NCBI GenBank assembly: GCA_001794055.1
Contig: MGJB01000001.1
Span: forward strand, 7,457-71,456
From: Candidatus Yanofskybacteria bacterium RIFCSPHIGHO2_01_FULL_41_26
Lineage (GTDB): Bacteria; Patescibacteriota; Minisyncoccia; 2-02-FULL-40-12; GWA2-44-9
Length of the DNA stretch: 64,000 bases
Reading direction: 5' to 3'
Of this stretch, positions 41,517 to 51,298 are shown piece by piece. Positions within the stretch are counted from its first letter, which is position 1; every line of letters begins with the position of its first letter. The notes under the pieces are model-generated. The model searched no databases. It was not told the origin of the DNA and was given only the letters and a program-made list of their open reading frames with translations. Made by a program: the position numbers and the translations under genes.

Positions 41517-42071
41517 ATGTATAAAGACCACATAAGCCAGAAAAAAAAGGAGTTTGATGTCGCTGTTGAGCATGTCAAAAATGAGATAGCTGGAATAAGA
41601 ACCGGCCGGGCCCATGTTTCCATGGTTGAAGATATTGTCGTGGATTATATGGACTCCAAGTTCAGGATTAGAGAATTAGCAACTATTAATATTCCTGAAC
41701 CGCGGACACTTCTCATCCAACCGTGGGACAAACAGGCTATTCCTAATATTGTAAAAAGCATTAAAGAAAGTTCCTTGGGTTTAAACCCTATTGATGACGC
41801 CACCGGCATTAGGTTGAATATTCCGCCATTAACGGAAGAACGCCGGCTGGAATTTATCAAATTACTTCATCAGAAAATTGAATGGGGGAAGGTAAGAGTC
41901 AGACAAATTCGGGAAGATGTATTAAAGAAAGTCCAGGCTGAAGTCAAAGAAAAGAAGGCCCGGGAAGATGATTTGTTTAAAGCCAAAGAAGAACTTCAAA
42001 AAATCATAAACGACCTCAATCGTATCTTTGACAATATGACCAAGAAAAAAGAACAGGAATTGATGTCGTAA
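41517..42071 (+). CDS. frr: Ribosome recycling factor
   Basis: IRTGRA, IQPWD, LGLNP and PPLTEERR. Confidence 0.96.
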   Translation: MYKDHISQKKKEFDVAVEHVKNEIAGIRTGRAHVSMVEDIVVDYMDSKFRIRELATINIPEPRTLLIQPWDKQAIPNIVKSIKESSLGLNPIDDATGIRLNIPPLTEERRLEFIKLLHQKIEWGKVRVRQIREDVLKKVQAEVKEKKAREDDLFKAKEELQKIINDLNRIFDNMTKKKEQELMS

Positions 42072-42281
42072 AAAGCGAAGGCCTGAATCATTTTCTCACC
42101 GTTGACTTTCTTCGGACAAATGCTTAAATTAATCTCAATTTGCTTAACAAATTTTAGCATCCGTTCCTCCCTAAGGGGATTTTCCGGCTAAAATTTGTTG
42201 ATTAAGCAAATTATCAATTAATTTAAGCATTGTGTTACCCTCGAAACCAATAGGTTCTAAAATGACTAAGGCCTTCGCTTT
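42072..42281. repeat. Family D, copy 3
   Basis: Shared D core; terminal stem AAAGCGAAGGCCT/AGGCCTTCGCTTT abuts the frr stop. Confidence 0.9.
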
Positions 42282-42301
42282 AAAATCATTAAATCATATT
42301 A

Positions 42302-42811
42302 ATGAGTATTGAAAGTCTAAGTAAAATAGAACGAGGCAAGGAAACTTTAATGAATCTTGAGAAAGAAGGGCTTTATGTTTTTCACGGTTCAACGGAGTTG
42401 ATACAAGAATTAGAACCACGCCAGGCAAAGGTTTGGAATAAAGACAAAAAAGAAATGGTTGCACACGGAGAGCCGTCAGTAGTTGCAACACCATTTGCAG
42501 AAATTGCAATATTCAGGGCTATTATAAGTAACAAGATAAAATCCAATGACGGAAAGCATTACAGTTCTTTTGGCTCTGATGGACATAAACCATTTTTTGA
42601 AACCACTCTCAAGATATTGGAACAGGCCAAAGATGTTGTGGGCTATGTTTATGTTTTTAAAAAAGAAGATTTTACTAAACTTAGTCCGATGGAGTGGAGA
42701 TCAAACAAGAAGCTCAAACCCGTTCGGACTTTTGAAGTGCATTTTCAAGATTTGCCAGAAAATATCAAACTTGAGCCAAGAAACAGTGAAGATGTCTCTT
42801 TAAAATTGTAA
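42302..42811 (+). CDS. Hypothetical protein, possible ADP-ribosyltransferase-like fold
   Basis: FHGS...LEPR...ATP..A...GYVY...EW pattern. Confidence 0.55.
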   Translation: MSIESLSKIERGKETLMNLEKEGLYVFHGSTELIQELEPRQAKVWNKDKKEMVAHGEPSVVATPFAEIAIFRAIISNKIKSNDGKHYSSFGSDGHKPFFETTLKILEQAKDVVGYVYVFKKEDFTKLSPMEWRSNKKLKPVRTFEVHFQDLPENIKLEPRNSEDVSLKL

Positions 42812-43092
42812 GCGAAGGCCACTGTTATTTTCTCGCAAACTGCACGTTTGGCAACTATTTCAGGAGCTCTGACGCTATAATTATGAGTGAGGAGCAAAAT
42901 GATTGAAAATCATTTTGTCCGAGCGAGTTAAATATACAACGTATTTCTCTGGGTACCGACCCGAGGATGTCGAAAACGGCCCAAAGGGCCGCATGGTTCG
43001 ACAGGAGTTGCTTCGGGCGGTCAGATAAATTAGGAAGAATTTCTAGAAATAGTCCAAGAGGAAGCCGTGAGAAAATGGCAGCGGCTTCGCTT
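42810..43092 (+). repeat. F-related composite structured element containing module G
   Basis: Terminal stem AAGCGAAG/CTTCGCTT, GAGGAAGCCGTG motif and TTTTGTCCGAG..ATATACAACGTAT module. Confidence 0.75.
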
Positions 43093-43134
43093 TTAACTTT
43101 GAATTTTCAGATTTTAGTTATAATATAGAGACAC

Positions 43135-44217
43135 ATGATAACTGCAGTAATCTTTATTATAGTTCTGGGGGTGCTGGTTTTTATCCACGAGTTTGGGCAT
43201 TTTATTTTTGCCAAAAGAGCCGGAATGAAAGTGGAAGAATTCGGTTTTGGTTTCCCGCCTCGGATTTGGGGCATCAGAAAGGGTGAAACACTATACTCCG
43301 TGAACGCAATTCCCTTCGGCGGATTTGTGAAAATTTTAGGCGAAGGAGGAGAAGAAGCAAATAATCCAAGAAGTTTTTCTTCCAAACCGACTGGTTTGCG
43401 GCTCAAAGTAATTATCGCCGGAGTGACGATGAATTTCTTTTTGGCAGTTGTTCTTTTGATGGTTACCAATTTTTTTGGGTTAAGAATAGGATTAATTGAT
43501 GATAAGACAGCGACAATTGCTAAAGACAAGCAAGTTCAAATAATTGAAGTTTCTAAAGATAGTCCGGCGGATAAGGCGGACATCAAGCTTCTTGATGAGG
43601 TCACAGGTTTTAAATTAAACGGTTTTTTCAAAGCGGTTTCTAGCGCGGAAGATGTCCAAGCTTTTATAAATGAAAATGCTGGAAAAACCTTGATCGTGGT
43701 TGTTCAAAGAAATAGAGAAATATTAGAAAAAGAAATTGTGCCAAGAGTGAATCCTCCGGCTGGACAGGGCGCATTGGGGGTTTCTTTGGCTCTCACGGGG
43801 GTCGTTTCTTATCCGTGGTATGAAGCGGTCTGGAGAGGTGTATATGATGCGGTTATCCTTACGATGAATACCGTTATCGGGTATTTTATGCTTTTCAAAA
43901 TGCTTTTGTTAAAAGGTAAATTAATTGCCGACGTTTCGGGCCCTGTCGGCATAGCTACTCTTACTGGTCAAGCCGCAAGAATGGGGATAAATTACCTGAT
44001 GCAGTTTACGGCGATGATATCCATCAATTTGGCGGTACTGAACATTATTCCATTTCCAGCCTTGGACGGAGGCAGGGCTTTGCTTATAATTGTAGAGAAG
44101 CTCAAAGGTTCGCCAATGAACAAAAAAGCCGAACAATTGGTAAATGCCATCGGCTTCGCGTTTCTTGTTGCATTGATGGTGTATGTGACCACTAAAGACA
44201 TAATCCGATTTTTTTGA
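43135..44217 (+). CDS. rseP: RIP metalloprotease RseP
   Basis: HEFGH, PDZ domain and NIIPFPALDGG. Confidence 0.95.
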   Translation: MITAVIFIIVLGVLVFIHEFGHFIFAKRAGMKVEEFGFGFPPRIWGIRKGETLYSVNAIPFGGFVKILGEGGEEANNPRSFSSKPTGLRLKVIIAGVTMNFFLAVVLLMVTNFFGLRIGLIDDKTATIAKDKQVQIIEVSKDSPADKADIKLLDEVTGFKLNGFFKAVSSAEDVQAFINENAGKTLIVVVQRNREILEKEIVPRVNPPAGQGALGVSLALTGVVSYPWYEAVWRGVYDAVILTMNTVIGYFMLFKMLLLKGKLIADVSGPVGIATLTGQAARMGINYLMQFTAMISINLAVLNIIPFPALDGGRALLIIVEKLKGSPMNKKAEQLVNAIGFAFLVALMVYVTTKDIIRFF

Positions 44218-44244
44218 AAAATCATAATTTCTAATTTCTAAACA

Positions 44245-45471
44245 ATGAAGCTATCTAAATTATTTACCAAAACACTTCGGGAGGCGCCAAGCGATGAGAC
44301 GGCAAAAAATGCCCGGCTTTTAATTCGGGGCGGATTTGTTTCAAAAGTTATGGCCGGCGTGTATGAATATCTGCCTTTTGGCTTGAGGGTGCTTAATAAA
44401 ATTAATAATATTATTCGTGAAGAAATGGATGTGGTTGGCGGACAAGAATTAAATATGTCTGTTTTCCAGAATAAAGAAATTTGGCAGGCAACAGGACGTT
44501 GGGATTCTGCCAAAGAGGTGATGTATCAATTTAAAGATAATTTTAATAAAGACCAGGGACTCGGTTTTACCCACGAGGAACCGATTGCTGCGACAGCTCG
44601 CCACTTTATTAGTTCGTACAAAGATCTTCCAAAGGCGGTTTATCAAATTCAGACTAAATTTAGAAATGAAGCTCGCGCTAAATCTGGCTTATTGAGAGGG
44701 CGGGAATTCCTGATGAAAGATCTTTATAGTTTTCATGCCGACCAAAATGATTTGGACGAATATTATGAGAAAGTTGCCGACGCATACTCGCGTATTTTTG
44801 AAAGGGTCGGTGTAAGCGCCGTTCGGACATTTGCTTCCGGTGGTTTGTTTTCCAAATATTCTGATGAATTTCAAGTGGTTGCGGATATCGGAGAGGATAC
44901 TATTTACGTAAATGAAAAGGAAAACAGGGCAGTTAATAAAGAAGTTTACAACGAAGATGTATTGGCCGATTTGAAGTGGAACAAGAGTAACCTTACGGAA
45001 AGATCATCGATTGAAGTTGGAAATATTTTTAAATTGGGAACAAAATTTTCTGAACCCCTCGGCCTTACATATACAGACGCCGACGGTAACTTAAGACCTG
45101 TTATTATGGCTTCATATGGTATTGGTCCGGGAAGACTGATGGGAACGGTTGTTGAAGTGTCTTGTGATGAGGAAGGAATTATCTGGCCGGAAAACATTGC
45201 GCCCTATAAGGTTCATTTGATCTCTTTGGAACAAAACAAAAAGGCGGATAAAGTTTATGACGATTTGGCAAATTCCGGCGCTGAGGTTCTATACGATGAC
45301 CGGGAAGACAAAACCGCGGGAGAAAAATTTGCCGATGCCGATCTTATCGGCTGTCCAATTAGAATTGTCGTTAGCAAAAAAACTCTTGAAAAAGAGAGCG
45401 TTGAACTCAAGCTCCGCAACGAAAAAGATTTCAAACTCGTTAAGTTGTCCGATATTTCTCAATCTTTATAG
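44245..45471 (+). CDS. proS: Prolyl-tRNA synthetase
   Basis: THEE, QTKFRNE.R...GLLRGREFLMKD and EVGNIFKLG. Confidence 0.96.
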   Translation: MKLSKLFTKTLREAPSDETAKNARLLIRGGFVSKVMAGVYEYLPFGLRVLNKINNIIREEMDVVGGQELNMSVFQNKEIWQATGRWDSAKEVMYQFKDNFNKDQGLGFTHEEPIAATARHFISSYKDLPKAVYQIQTKFRNEARAKSGLLRGREFLMKDLYSFHADQNDLDEYYEKVADAYSRIFERVGVSAVRTFASGGLFSKYSDEFQVVADIGEDTIYVNEKENRAVNKEVYNEDVLADLKWNKSNLTERSSIEVGNIFKLGTKFSEPLGLTYTDADGNLRPVIMASYGIGPGRLMGTVVEVSCDEEGIIWPENIAPYKVHLISLEQNKKADKVYDDLANSGAEVLYDDREDKTAGEKFADADLIGCPIRIVVSKKTLEKESVELKLRNEKDFKLVKLSDISQSL

Positions 45472-45547
45472 AGCTCATGCCTCCTTAAGATTTCTACTAC
45501 GATTTTTGTTTTTGATTGTTTATATTAATTCTGATATGTTTTAACCA

Positions 45548-46600
45548 ATGTTCAACAAGCTGTTTGGTTTTTGGTCAAAAGACATTGGAATTGATCTGGG
45601 TACGGCAAATACCCTGGTTTATGTTCGAGGAAAAGGAATTGTAATCAATGAACCGTCAATTGTGGCAGTGAACCAAAAAACCGGCAAAATACTTGCTATT
45701 GGCAAAGAAGCCAGAACAATGGTTGGCCGGACGCCGGGATATATTACAGTTTCTCGACCCTTGATCAATGGGGTTGTTTCCGACTTTGAAGTGACTGAAC
45801 AGATGCTCAAGTATTTTATAGATAAAGTTCATCGAGAGGGTTTTGTTTTATTGCCTCGGCCAAGAGTGGTTGTGGGAATTCCTTCGGGAGTGACGGAAGT
45901 GGAAAAAAGGGCCGTTGAAGATGCTACTTACAACGCCGGCGCGAGAGAAGTTTATCTTATTGAAGAGCCGATGGCAGCAGCTATTGGAGCTCGTCTGCCT
46001 GTTCACGAAGCGGTAGCCAATGTGATAGTTGACATGGGTGGCGGCACGACCGAGGTAGCCGTCATTTCTATGGGCGGTGTTATAGCTTCCCGTTCTTTGC
46101 GGGTTGCCGGAGACAAGCTCAATGAAGACATTGTTAGATATTTACGAGAAGAAAGAAATCTTTTGGTTGGAGAATCTACGGCAGAAAACTTGAAATTAAC
46201 ATTGGGTTCGGCTCATCCTTCTGAAAAAGATGAGGAAGACGGCTTTGTGAGGGGCAGAGATTTGGTCTCTGGCTTACCTAAAGAAATATCTATAACCTCG
46301 GAAGAGGTTAGGGAAGCGATGCAGCGTTCCGTAAAAAGTATTGTTCTCGCCGTTAAAAATACGATCGAGGAAACCCCTCCTGAATTAACAGCTGACTTGA
46401 TAAATAGATTTATATTTCTTGCCGGAGGCGGGGCACTTTTGAAGGGTTTGGATAAAATAATAGCTCATGAAACGAAGTTGTTTGTAAAAATAGTGGATGA
46501 TCCCTTAACCGCTGTTGCGAGGGGTTGCGGTTTTGTGCTTGAAAATGTCGACCAACTAAAAAATGTTCTGGTTGCCACCCAAAAAGACGACTATTTTTAA
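45548..46600 (+). CDS. mreB: Rod shape-determining protein MreB
   Basis: IDLGTANT, EEPMAAAIG and DMGGGTT. Confidence 0.97.
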   Translation: MFNKLFGFWSKDIGIDLGTANTLVYVRGKGIVINEPSIVAVNQKTGKILAIGKEARTMVGRTPGYITVSRPLINGVVSDFEVTEQMLKYFIDKVHREGFVLLPRPRVVVGIPSGVTEVEKRAVEDATYNAGAREVYLIEEPMAAAIGARLPVHEAVANVIVDMGGGTTEVAVISMGGVIASRSLRVAGDKLNEDIVRYLREERNLLVGESTAENLKLTLGSAHPSEKDEEDGFVRGRDLVSGLPKEISITSEEVREAMQRSVKSIVLAVKNTIEETPPELTADLINRFIFLAGGGALLKGLDKIIAHETKLFVKIVDDPLTAVARGCGFVLENVDQLKNVLVATQKDDYF

Positions 46601-46603
46601 TTA

Positions 46604-47395
46604 ATGAAAAAGTCACCGATAAAATCCGGTGCTATTTTATTGATAGCTGTTATTGGTGCTATTTTTTTTAACAAACATATCATTAAAGATGGATTTATTT
46701 TTTATCCGAAAACTTTAATAAACATGGGTAGTTATCTGTTTATCAAAGCGGAAAATTTTGGTGGATTGGTAGGAAAAATAAAAAATTTCAACCGTCTTGC
46801 GGATGAGAATGACAGATTAAAAGAAGACGAAGAATTAATCGTTAATTTACGAGCGAAAATAGACAATTTAGAAGAGGAAAATGAGTTTTTAAGACAAGCG
46901 GCCCGAATCACCCGGAAATTAAAGTATCCAGTTGTTTATGGGGGTATTTTCAATTTTAATCTGGCTCCAACTGGATATAATGTCCTTCTTAATAAAGGAT
47001 CTCAAGATGGCATTTCTGAAGGAGATATTATAGTGACGACCGAAGGAGTTTTGGTGGGAAAAATACAGATAGTCATGAAAAATTTTTCGAGAGTCCTTTT
47101 TGTGTCCGATCCCGAATTTAAAATTACATCCAAAGTATTGAATTCAAAAACGGTCGGTATTGCCAGGGGTTCCTTAAATGAAGGCATGTATCTTGATTTT
47201 ATTGTTCAAAGCGATGAAATACAAGAGAAAGACATAATAATATCAACTGGTAATGATTTTTTCCCTCCGGCACTGATTATTGGTTTCGTGGACCACATTG
47301 AAGATAATTCGAACCAGATGTTTAAGAAGATACGCATCCGACCTGCTGTTAAAGATGTAAAATTAGGCAAGGTGTTGATTTTACAAATTAAATAA
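46604..47395 (+). CDS. mreC: Rod shape-determining protein MreC
   Basis: TM, coiled coil and NKGSQDGI..G; synteny with mreB. Confidence 0.9.
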   Translation: MKKSPIKSGAILLIAVIGAIFFNKHIIKDGFIFYPKTLINMGSYLFIKAENFGGLVGKIKNFNRLADENDRLKEDEELIVNLRAKIDNLEEENEFLRQAARITRKLKYPVVYGGIFNFNLAPTGYNVLLNKGSQDGISEGDIIVTTEGVLVGKIQIVMKNFSRVLFVSDPEFKITSKVLNSKTVGIARGSLNEGMYLDFIVQSDEIQEKDIIISTGNDFFPPALIIGFVDHIEDNSNQMFKKIRIRPAVKDVKLGKVLILQIK

Positions 47396-47398
47396 AAA

Positions 47399-47761
47399 AT
47401 GAAAATTTGGTTGATCATTGTTTTATTTTTGGTGGTCATGTTTTTTGATGGCGCAATCTTTCCAGGACTTTTTGGTTTTAGAGAGAGTTTTTTGACGGTA
47501 ATGTTTATTGTAATCATGATTTTGCAACGCAAAGTCGATTTTCAGGGCCTGATTCTGGGCGTGGTATTTTCCGGAACAGCGGAGTTTTATTGGGGGTTAA
47601 GGTTCGGGATATTGATATCGTCTTTGTTGGTATCGACAGGAGTATTCTTTTTATTAAATACCTTTTTTAATATCAGAAGCAAGGCCTCCGTCATTATTAC
47701 GGGGGTAATAATGTTTATTATTTTTTGGGAGGCCTCAATTCTGGTAAGTAAGATAATTTAA
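47399..47761 (+). CDS. MreD-like membrane protein
   Basis: Hydrophobic; lies between mreC and mrdA. Confidence 0.6.
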   Translation: MKIWLIIVLFLVVMFFDGAIFPGLFGFRESFLTVMFIVIMILQRKVDFQGLILGVVFSGTAEFYWGLRFGILISSLLVSTGVFFLLNTFFNIRSKASVIITGVIMFIIFWEASILVSKII

Positions 47762-47762
47762 A

Positions 47763-49688
47763 ATGTTTAAAGACTACAGAGTATCCGTAAATGAAGATTG
47801 GGTTTCTCCGGAAGAGACACTTTTAGATTCGGGCAGCGAATATTCTGATATTGAAACGCCAATTTCGGCCGATGTTTTTAGGTTTACTTTTATGGTTGCT
47901 TTGATTTTGCTTGCTGTAGCCATGACCTTTACTTTTAAAATAGGAATTGCTGATCACGATTCTTATGCAGATCTTGCCTTACAAAATAAGTCTGTTAATT
48001 TCCCCATTCCACCGCCCAGGGGAGTTATAATGGATCGGTTTGGAAAACAGTTGGTCAAAAATTTACCAAGTTTTGACTTGCTTGTTTTCTCAAGAGAGGT
48101 TAAAGCGAATCCATCAGATGTCAATAGAGACAAGGTAGCCGAAGTTTTAAAGATTAAACCAGAAGAGTTTAGAATTTTTATTTCTGAAGGGATTAGGGCA
48201 AATTCTAATTTTTTTGCAGCAACCAATCTAAACAAAGATCAGGTTCTGGCTATCAAATACCTTGATCCTGATGGTTACTATGTGGTTCCAAATGTCAAGC
48301 GATATTATGTAAGCGGACAGGAGTTTTCACAGATCATTGGTTATATCGGAAAAGTTAATCAGGATGATTTTAAAGATGAGTATTATTATTCCACCGATAT
48401 GATAGGCCGCTTGGGGGCAGAAGCTTGGTATGAAGAGGTTTTGAGAGGAGATCATGGTAGGATTTTTTTCAGTTCCAACGGTAAAACTATCGAGGATCCT
48501 CAATTTGGGAAAGATCAGAAAAATGATTTAAACACAGATCCGGTTCAAGGAAAGAATCTGGTTTTGAATATTGACCATGATTTACAGAAGAAGTTGTATA
48601 ATGAACTTCGTGAAATTTTGGTTTCAGCAGGCTTGTCTCGTGGCGCGGCGATAATTCAAAATCCTCAAAACGGCGCCGTTTTGGCGATGGTTAGTTTTCC
48701 ATCTTTTGACAATAATCTTTTTGTGAAAGGTCTATCTGACAGTCAGTTCAAAAATCTTTTTGAAAGCAAAACCAAGCCTCTGTTCAACAGGGTTATCGGC
48801 GGATTGTATAATCCAGGTTCAACTATCAAGCCGTTTATAGGAATGACTGCTCTTCAGGAAGGGATAGTTACTCCACAGGACACAATCAAGGACTGCATAA
48901 GTTTGACCGTCCCTAATCCTTTTGATAAAAATTCTCCCTATATTTTCAAAAACTGGAGACAGGATTATGGCCTTTTCAATTTAAAAAAGTCTATTGCCCA
49001 ATCGTGCAATATTTTCTTCTTTACCGTAGGAGGAGGTCCGCCGGCTGACGGAGGCAACATTCTCGGCCTTGGTGCTGAAAAAATAGATAAATATCTAATG
49101 GCTGTAATGGCCAACTCAAAATTGGGGATAGATATTCCCGGAGAGGAGAGCGGTTTTGTCCCCACCCCTGACTGGAAGCTCAAAACAAGAGGCGAGAATT
49201 GGTATCAGGGAGACACCTACAACATATCTATCGGCCAAGGGGATCTTTTAGTGACTCCTTTGTGGCTCAATTCTTACATTTCGGCCATAGCCAACGGAGG
49301 AACTATTTATAAGCCGATGATTGCCCAAAAGGTTGTTGATGAAAACAATAACGATATGGAAATATTCAAACAGCAGGCGCTGGCGAAACTGCCTTTCGAA
49401 GATAATATTATACAGGAAATGAAAAGCTATATGGAAGAAACTGTAATTTCTGGAACGGCCGGAATATTGAAAGATTTGCCGGTTAAAGCCGGAGCAAAAA
49501 CTGGTACGGCCGAAGTGGTAAAGGGCAAAAGTATTAATTCTTTGTTTACCGCGTTTGCTCCTTTTGATAACCCCGAACTCAATATTACGGTTCTTATAGA
49601 AGGTTCGGTGTCAAACCAAGGTTTGGCCATACGCGCCGCCCATAATGTGTTAAAATGGTATTTTGGGGAGTATCAACAGAAGCCTTGA
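47763..49688 (+). CDS. mrdA: Penicillin-binding protein 2
   Basis: PRG.I.DR, STIK, SCN and KTGT. Confidence 0.93.
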   Translation: MFKDYRVSVNEDWVSPEETLLDSGSEYSDIETPISADVFRFTFMVALILLAVAMTFTFKIGIADHDSYADLALQNKSVNFPIPPPRGVIMDRFGKQLVKNLPSFDLLVFSREVKANPSDVNRDKVAEVLKIKPEEFRIFISEGIRANSNFFAATNLNKDQVLAIKYLDPDGYYVVPNVKRYYVSGQEFSQIIGYIGKVNQDDFKDEYYYSTDMIGRLGAEAWYEEVLRGDHGRIFFSSNGKTIEDPQFGKDQKNDLNTDPVQGKNLVLNIDHDLQKKLYNELREILVSAGLSRGAAIIQNPQNGAVLAMVSFPSFDNNLFVKGLSDSQFKNLFESKTKPLFNRVIGGLYNPGSTIKPFIGMTALQEGIVTPQDTIKDCISLTVPNPFDKNSPYIFKNWRQDYGLFNLKKSIAQSCNIFFFTVGGGPPADGGNILGLGAEKIDKYLMAVMANSKLGIDIPGEESGFVPTPDWKLKTRGENWYQGDTYNISIGQGDLLVTPLWLNSYISAIANGGTIYKPMIAQKVVDENNNDMEIFKQQALAKLPFEDNIIQEMKSYMEETVISGTAGILKDLPVKAGAKTGTAEVVKGKSINSLFTAFAPFDNPELNITVLIEGSVSNQGLAIRAAHNVLKWYFGEYQQKP

Positions 49689-49739
49689 ATTAAATCGTAA
49701 GTTGTAGTATACTTTTCTAATTAAATTTTAATTAAAGCT

Positions 49740-50198
49740 ATGGATAATCAATATTTTAGTAAAGAAGGATTAGAAAAATTAAAAAAAGAACTGGAAGAAC
49801 GACTTAATGTTTTGCGTCCGGAAATAGCCCAGCGCATCAAAGAAGCCAAGGAATTGGGCGATCTGTCCGAAAACGCGGAATATGATTCGGCAAAAGAAGC
49901 TCAAGCGTTGAATGAAGGCAGAATGGAAGACATAAGAAACACTCTTGAAAATGCTGTAATTATAACCGGAAATAACACTAGCGGAACTATTGGTGTTGGC
50001 TCAAGTATTAAAGTAGAGTCTAACACCGGAGTTCGCTCTTTCGTAATTGTCGGCGCCGCTGAATCCGATCCGGCCAAAGGGTTTATTTCAAATGAATCTC
50101 CGTTAGGTCAGGCATTTCTAGGACACAAAAAAGGGGACAAAGTTGAAGCAAGAACCCCGAAAGGAATAGTTGAATATAAAATAGTCGAGGTGAATTAG
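49740..50198 (+). CDS. greA: Transcription elongation factor GreA
   Basis: GDLSENAEY and IS.ESPLG. Confidence 0.97.
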   Translation: MDNQYFSKEGLEKLKKELEERLNVLRPEIAQRIKEAKELGDLSENAEYDSAKEAQALNEGRMEDIRNTLENAVIITGNNTSGTIGVGSSIKVESNTGVRSFVIVGAAESDPAKGFISNESPLGQAFLGHKKGDKVEARTPKGIVEYKIVEVN

Positions 50199-50200
50199 TC

Positions 50201-50303
50201 GCGAACGCCTCATCCCAAATCAGACCGCATAAAACCCTGTTGGGTTTTTGCTCTCTCTCGACTACCCACCTGCGAACGTTCTTCTTTGGAATAAAGCGTT
50301 CGC
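50201..50303 (-). repeat. Family A, copy 4 (inverted)
   Basis: Reverse complement of the core; starts 3 nt after the greA stop. Confidence 0.93.
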
Positions 50304-50373
50304 TATGATATAAATTAATAAGCATGAAAAATAGGCCCCGTTGCGGGGCCTTTTGGCGTCTCTTTTCGTTTGC

Positions 50374-50410
50374 CTGTGGATAACCGACTTGCGAAGTCGG
50401 TTATCCACAG
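50374..50410. repeat. DnaA-box hairpin, copy 2
   Basis: CTGTGGATAACCGACTT-GCG-AAGTCGGTTATCCACAG. Confidence 0.9.
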
Positions 50411-50429
50411 CTGGTTCGTTGACGTTGGC

Positions 50430-50894
50430 CTAGAGGGTCAGGCCGGGGCCGTGGAACTCCATCATCAGCGGGAGGTCCCGTCGGACGATGTCCAGCTTCG
50501 CCTTGGCGTCGATGAAGTGCTCTTCGGCTGTGGTGACCTCGACCATGATGATCTCAATCATCGCTTTGATCATTGCTTTGGCCGCGTCGACTCCGAGGGT
50601 TTCGACCGCATCATGCGGTTCGACACCTTCGATGACCTCGAGCTTCTTCTTGAGGCCGTCGAGCGCCGCCTCGGCACTGGCGAGCTTGCTCTTGGCCTCG
50701 GCGAGCTCTTGCTCGTACCGTTCGTTGAGCGGGATGGCCCGCTCGTCGATGTTCAGGCCGATCAGGGCGCCGCCCTGACGGTGGAGGTGGCGGGTGTGGG
50801 AGCGCTTGTTGCTCCCCTCGCCGATCGTCACCGTGATCTGCTTGCCACCCTTGCTGTTCTCTCTGGTCGATGTGACCGTGTATTTCAGTGCCAT
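50430..50894 (-). CDS. GC-rich hypothetical coiled-coil protein
   Basis: SD AAGGAG; promoter at 50968-50997; terminator near 50333-50352. Confidence 0.75.
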   Translation of the reverse strand: MALKYTVTSTRENSKGGKQITVTIGEGSNKRSHTRHLHRQGGALIGLNIDERAIPLNERYEQELAEAKSKLASAEAALDGLKKKLEVIEGVEPHDAVETLGVDAAKAMIKAMIEIIMVEVTTAEEHFIDAKAKLDIVRRDLPLMMEFHGPGLTL

Positions 50895-50967
50895 GTGGCT
50901 GTCTCCTTCGTCCCCCGCGTTTAGCGGGGTTTACGGACTGACCGGATTGTCAGTGAACGTAATTTAC

Positions 50968-50997
50968 ATTATAGCATACTTTTGACCACTTTGTCAA
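50968..50997 (-). promoter_or_regulatory. Sigma70 promoter TTGACA-18-TATAAT with extended -10
   Basis: Consensus boxes; 26/30 identical to 62281-62310. Confidence 0.8.
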
Positions 50998-51011
50998 CCC
51001 AAATAAAAATC

Positions 51012-51058
51012 GGCCTTTTGTGCCAATTTCAACGATTCACACCTGTGAGCCGTTGATT
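51012..51058. repeat. Family H, copy 2
   Basis: GGCCTTTTGT..ATTTCAACGATTCACACCTGTGAGCCGTTGATT. Confidence 0.75.
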
Positions 51059-51113
51059 TTATTATTTAGTTTGAACATATATTTCCAATCACCATTTAAT
51101 ATCGACTCAACTA

Positions 51114-51232
51114 GCGGAGGGAGACACCTTTATCCCAAAGAAGAACGTTCGGAGGCTACCCCGGGCCGAGATAGAGCAAAAATTCAGTAGAATTTTATGC
51201 GGTCTTCGTGGGATGAAGGCGTCTCCCTCCGT
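51114..51232 (+). repeat. Family A, copy 5
   Basis: Core with AAAATTC-AGTA-GAATTTT hairpin; 24-bp closing stem. Confidence 0.93.
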
Positions 51233-51298
51233 ATGCGTGGAGGTTGTGTCAACTATTCAGAAAGTGGATTTTTTATTTATTTTTGCTATCATTTATCT

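Noticed and set aside
50370-50924. 184-aa plus-strand ORF
   Set aside because: Antisense shadow of the minus-strand gene that has the promoter, SD and terminator.
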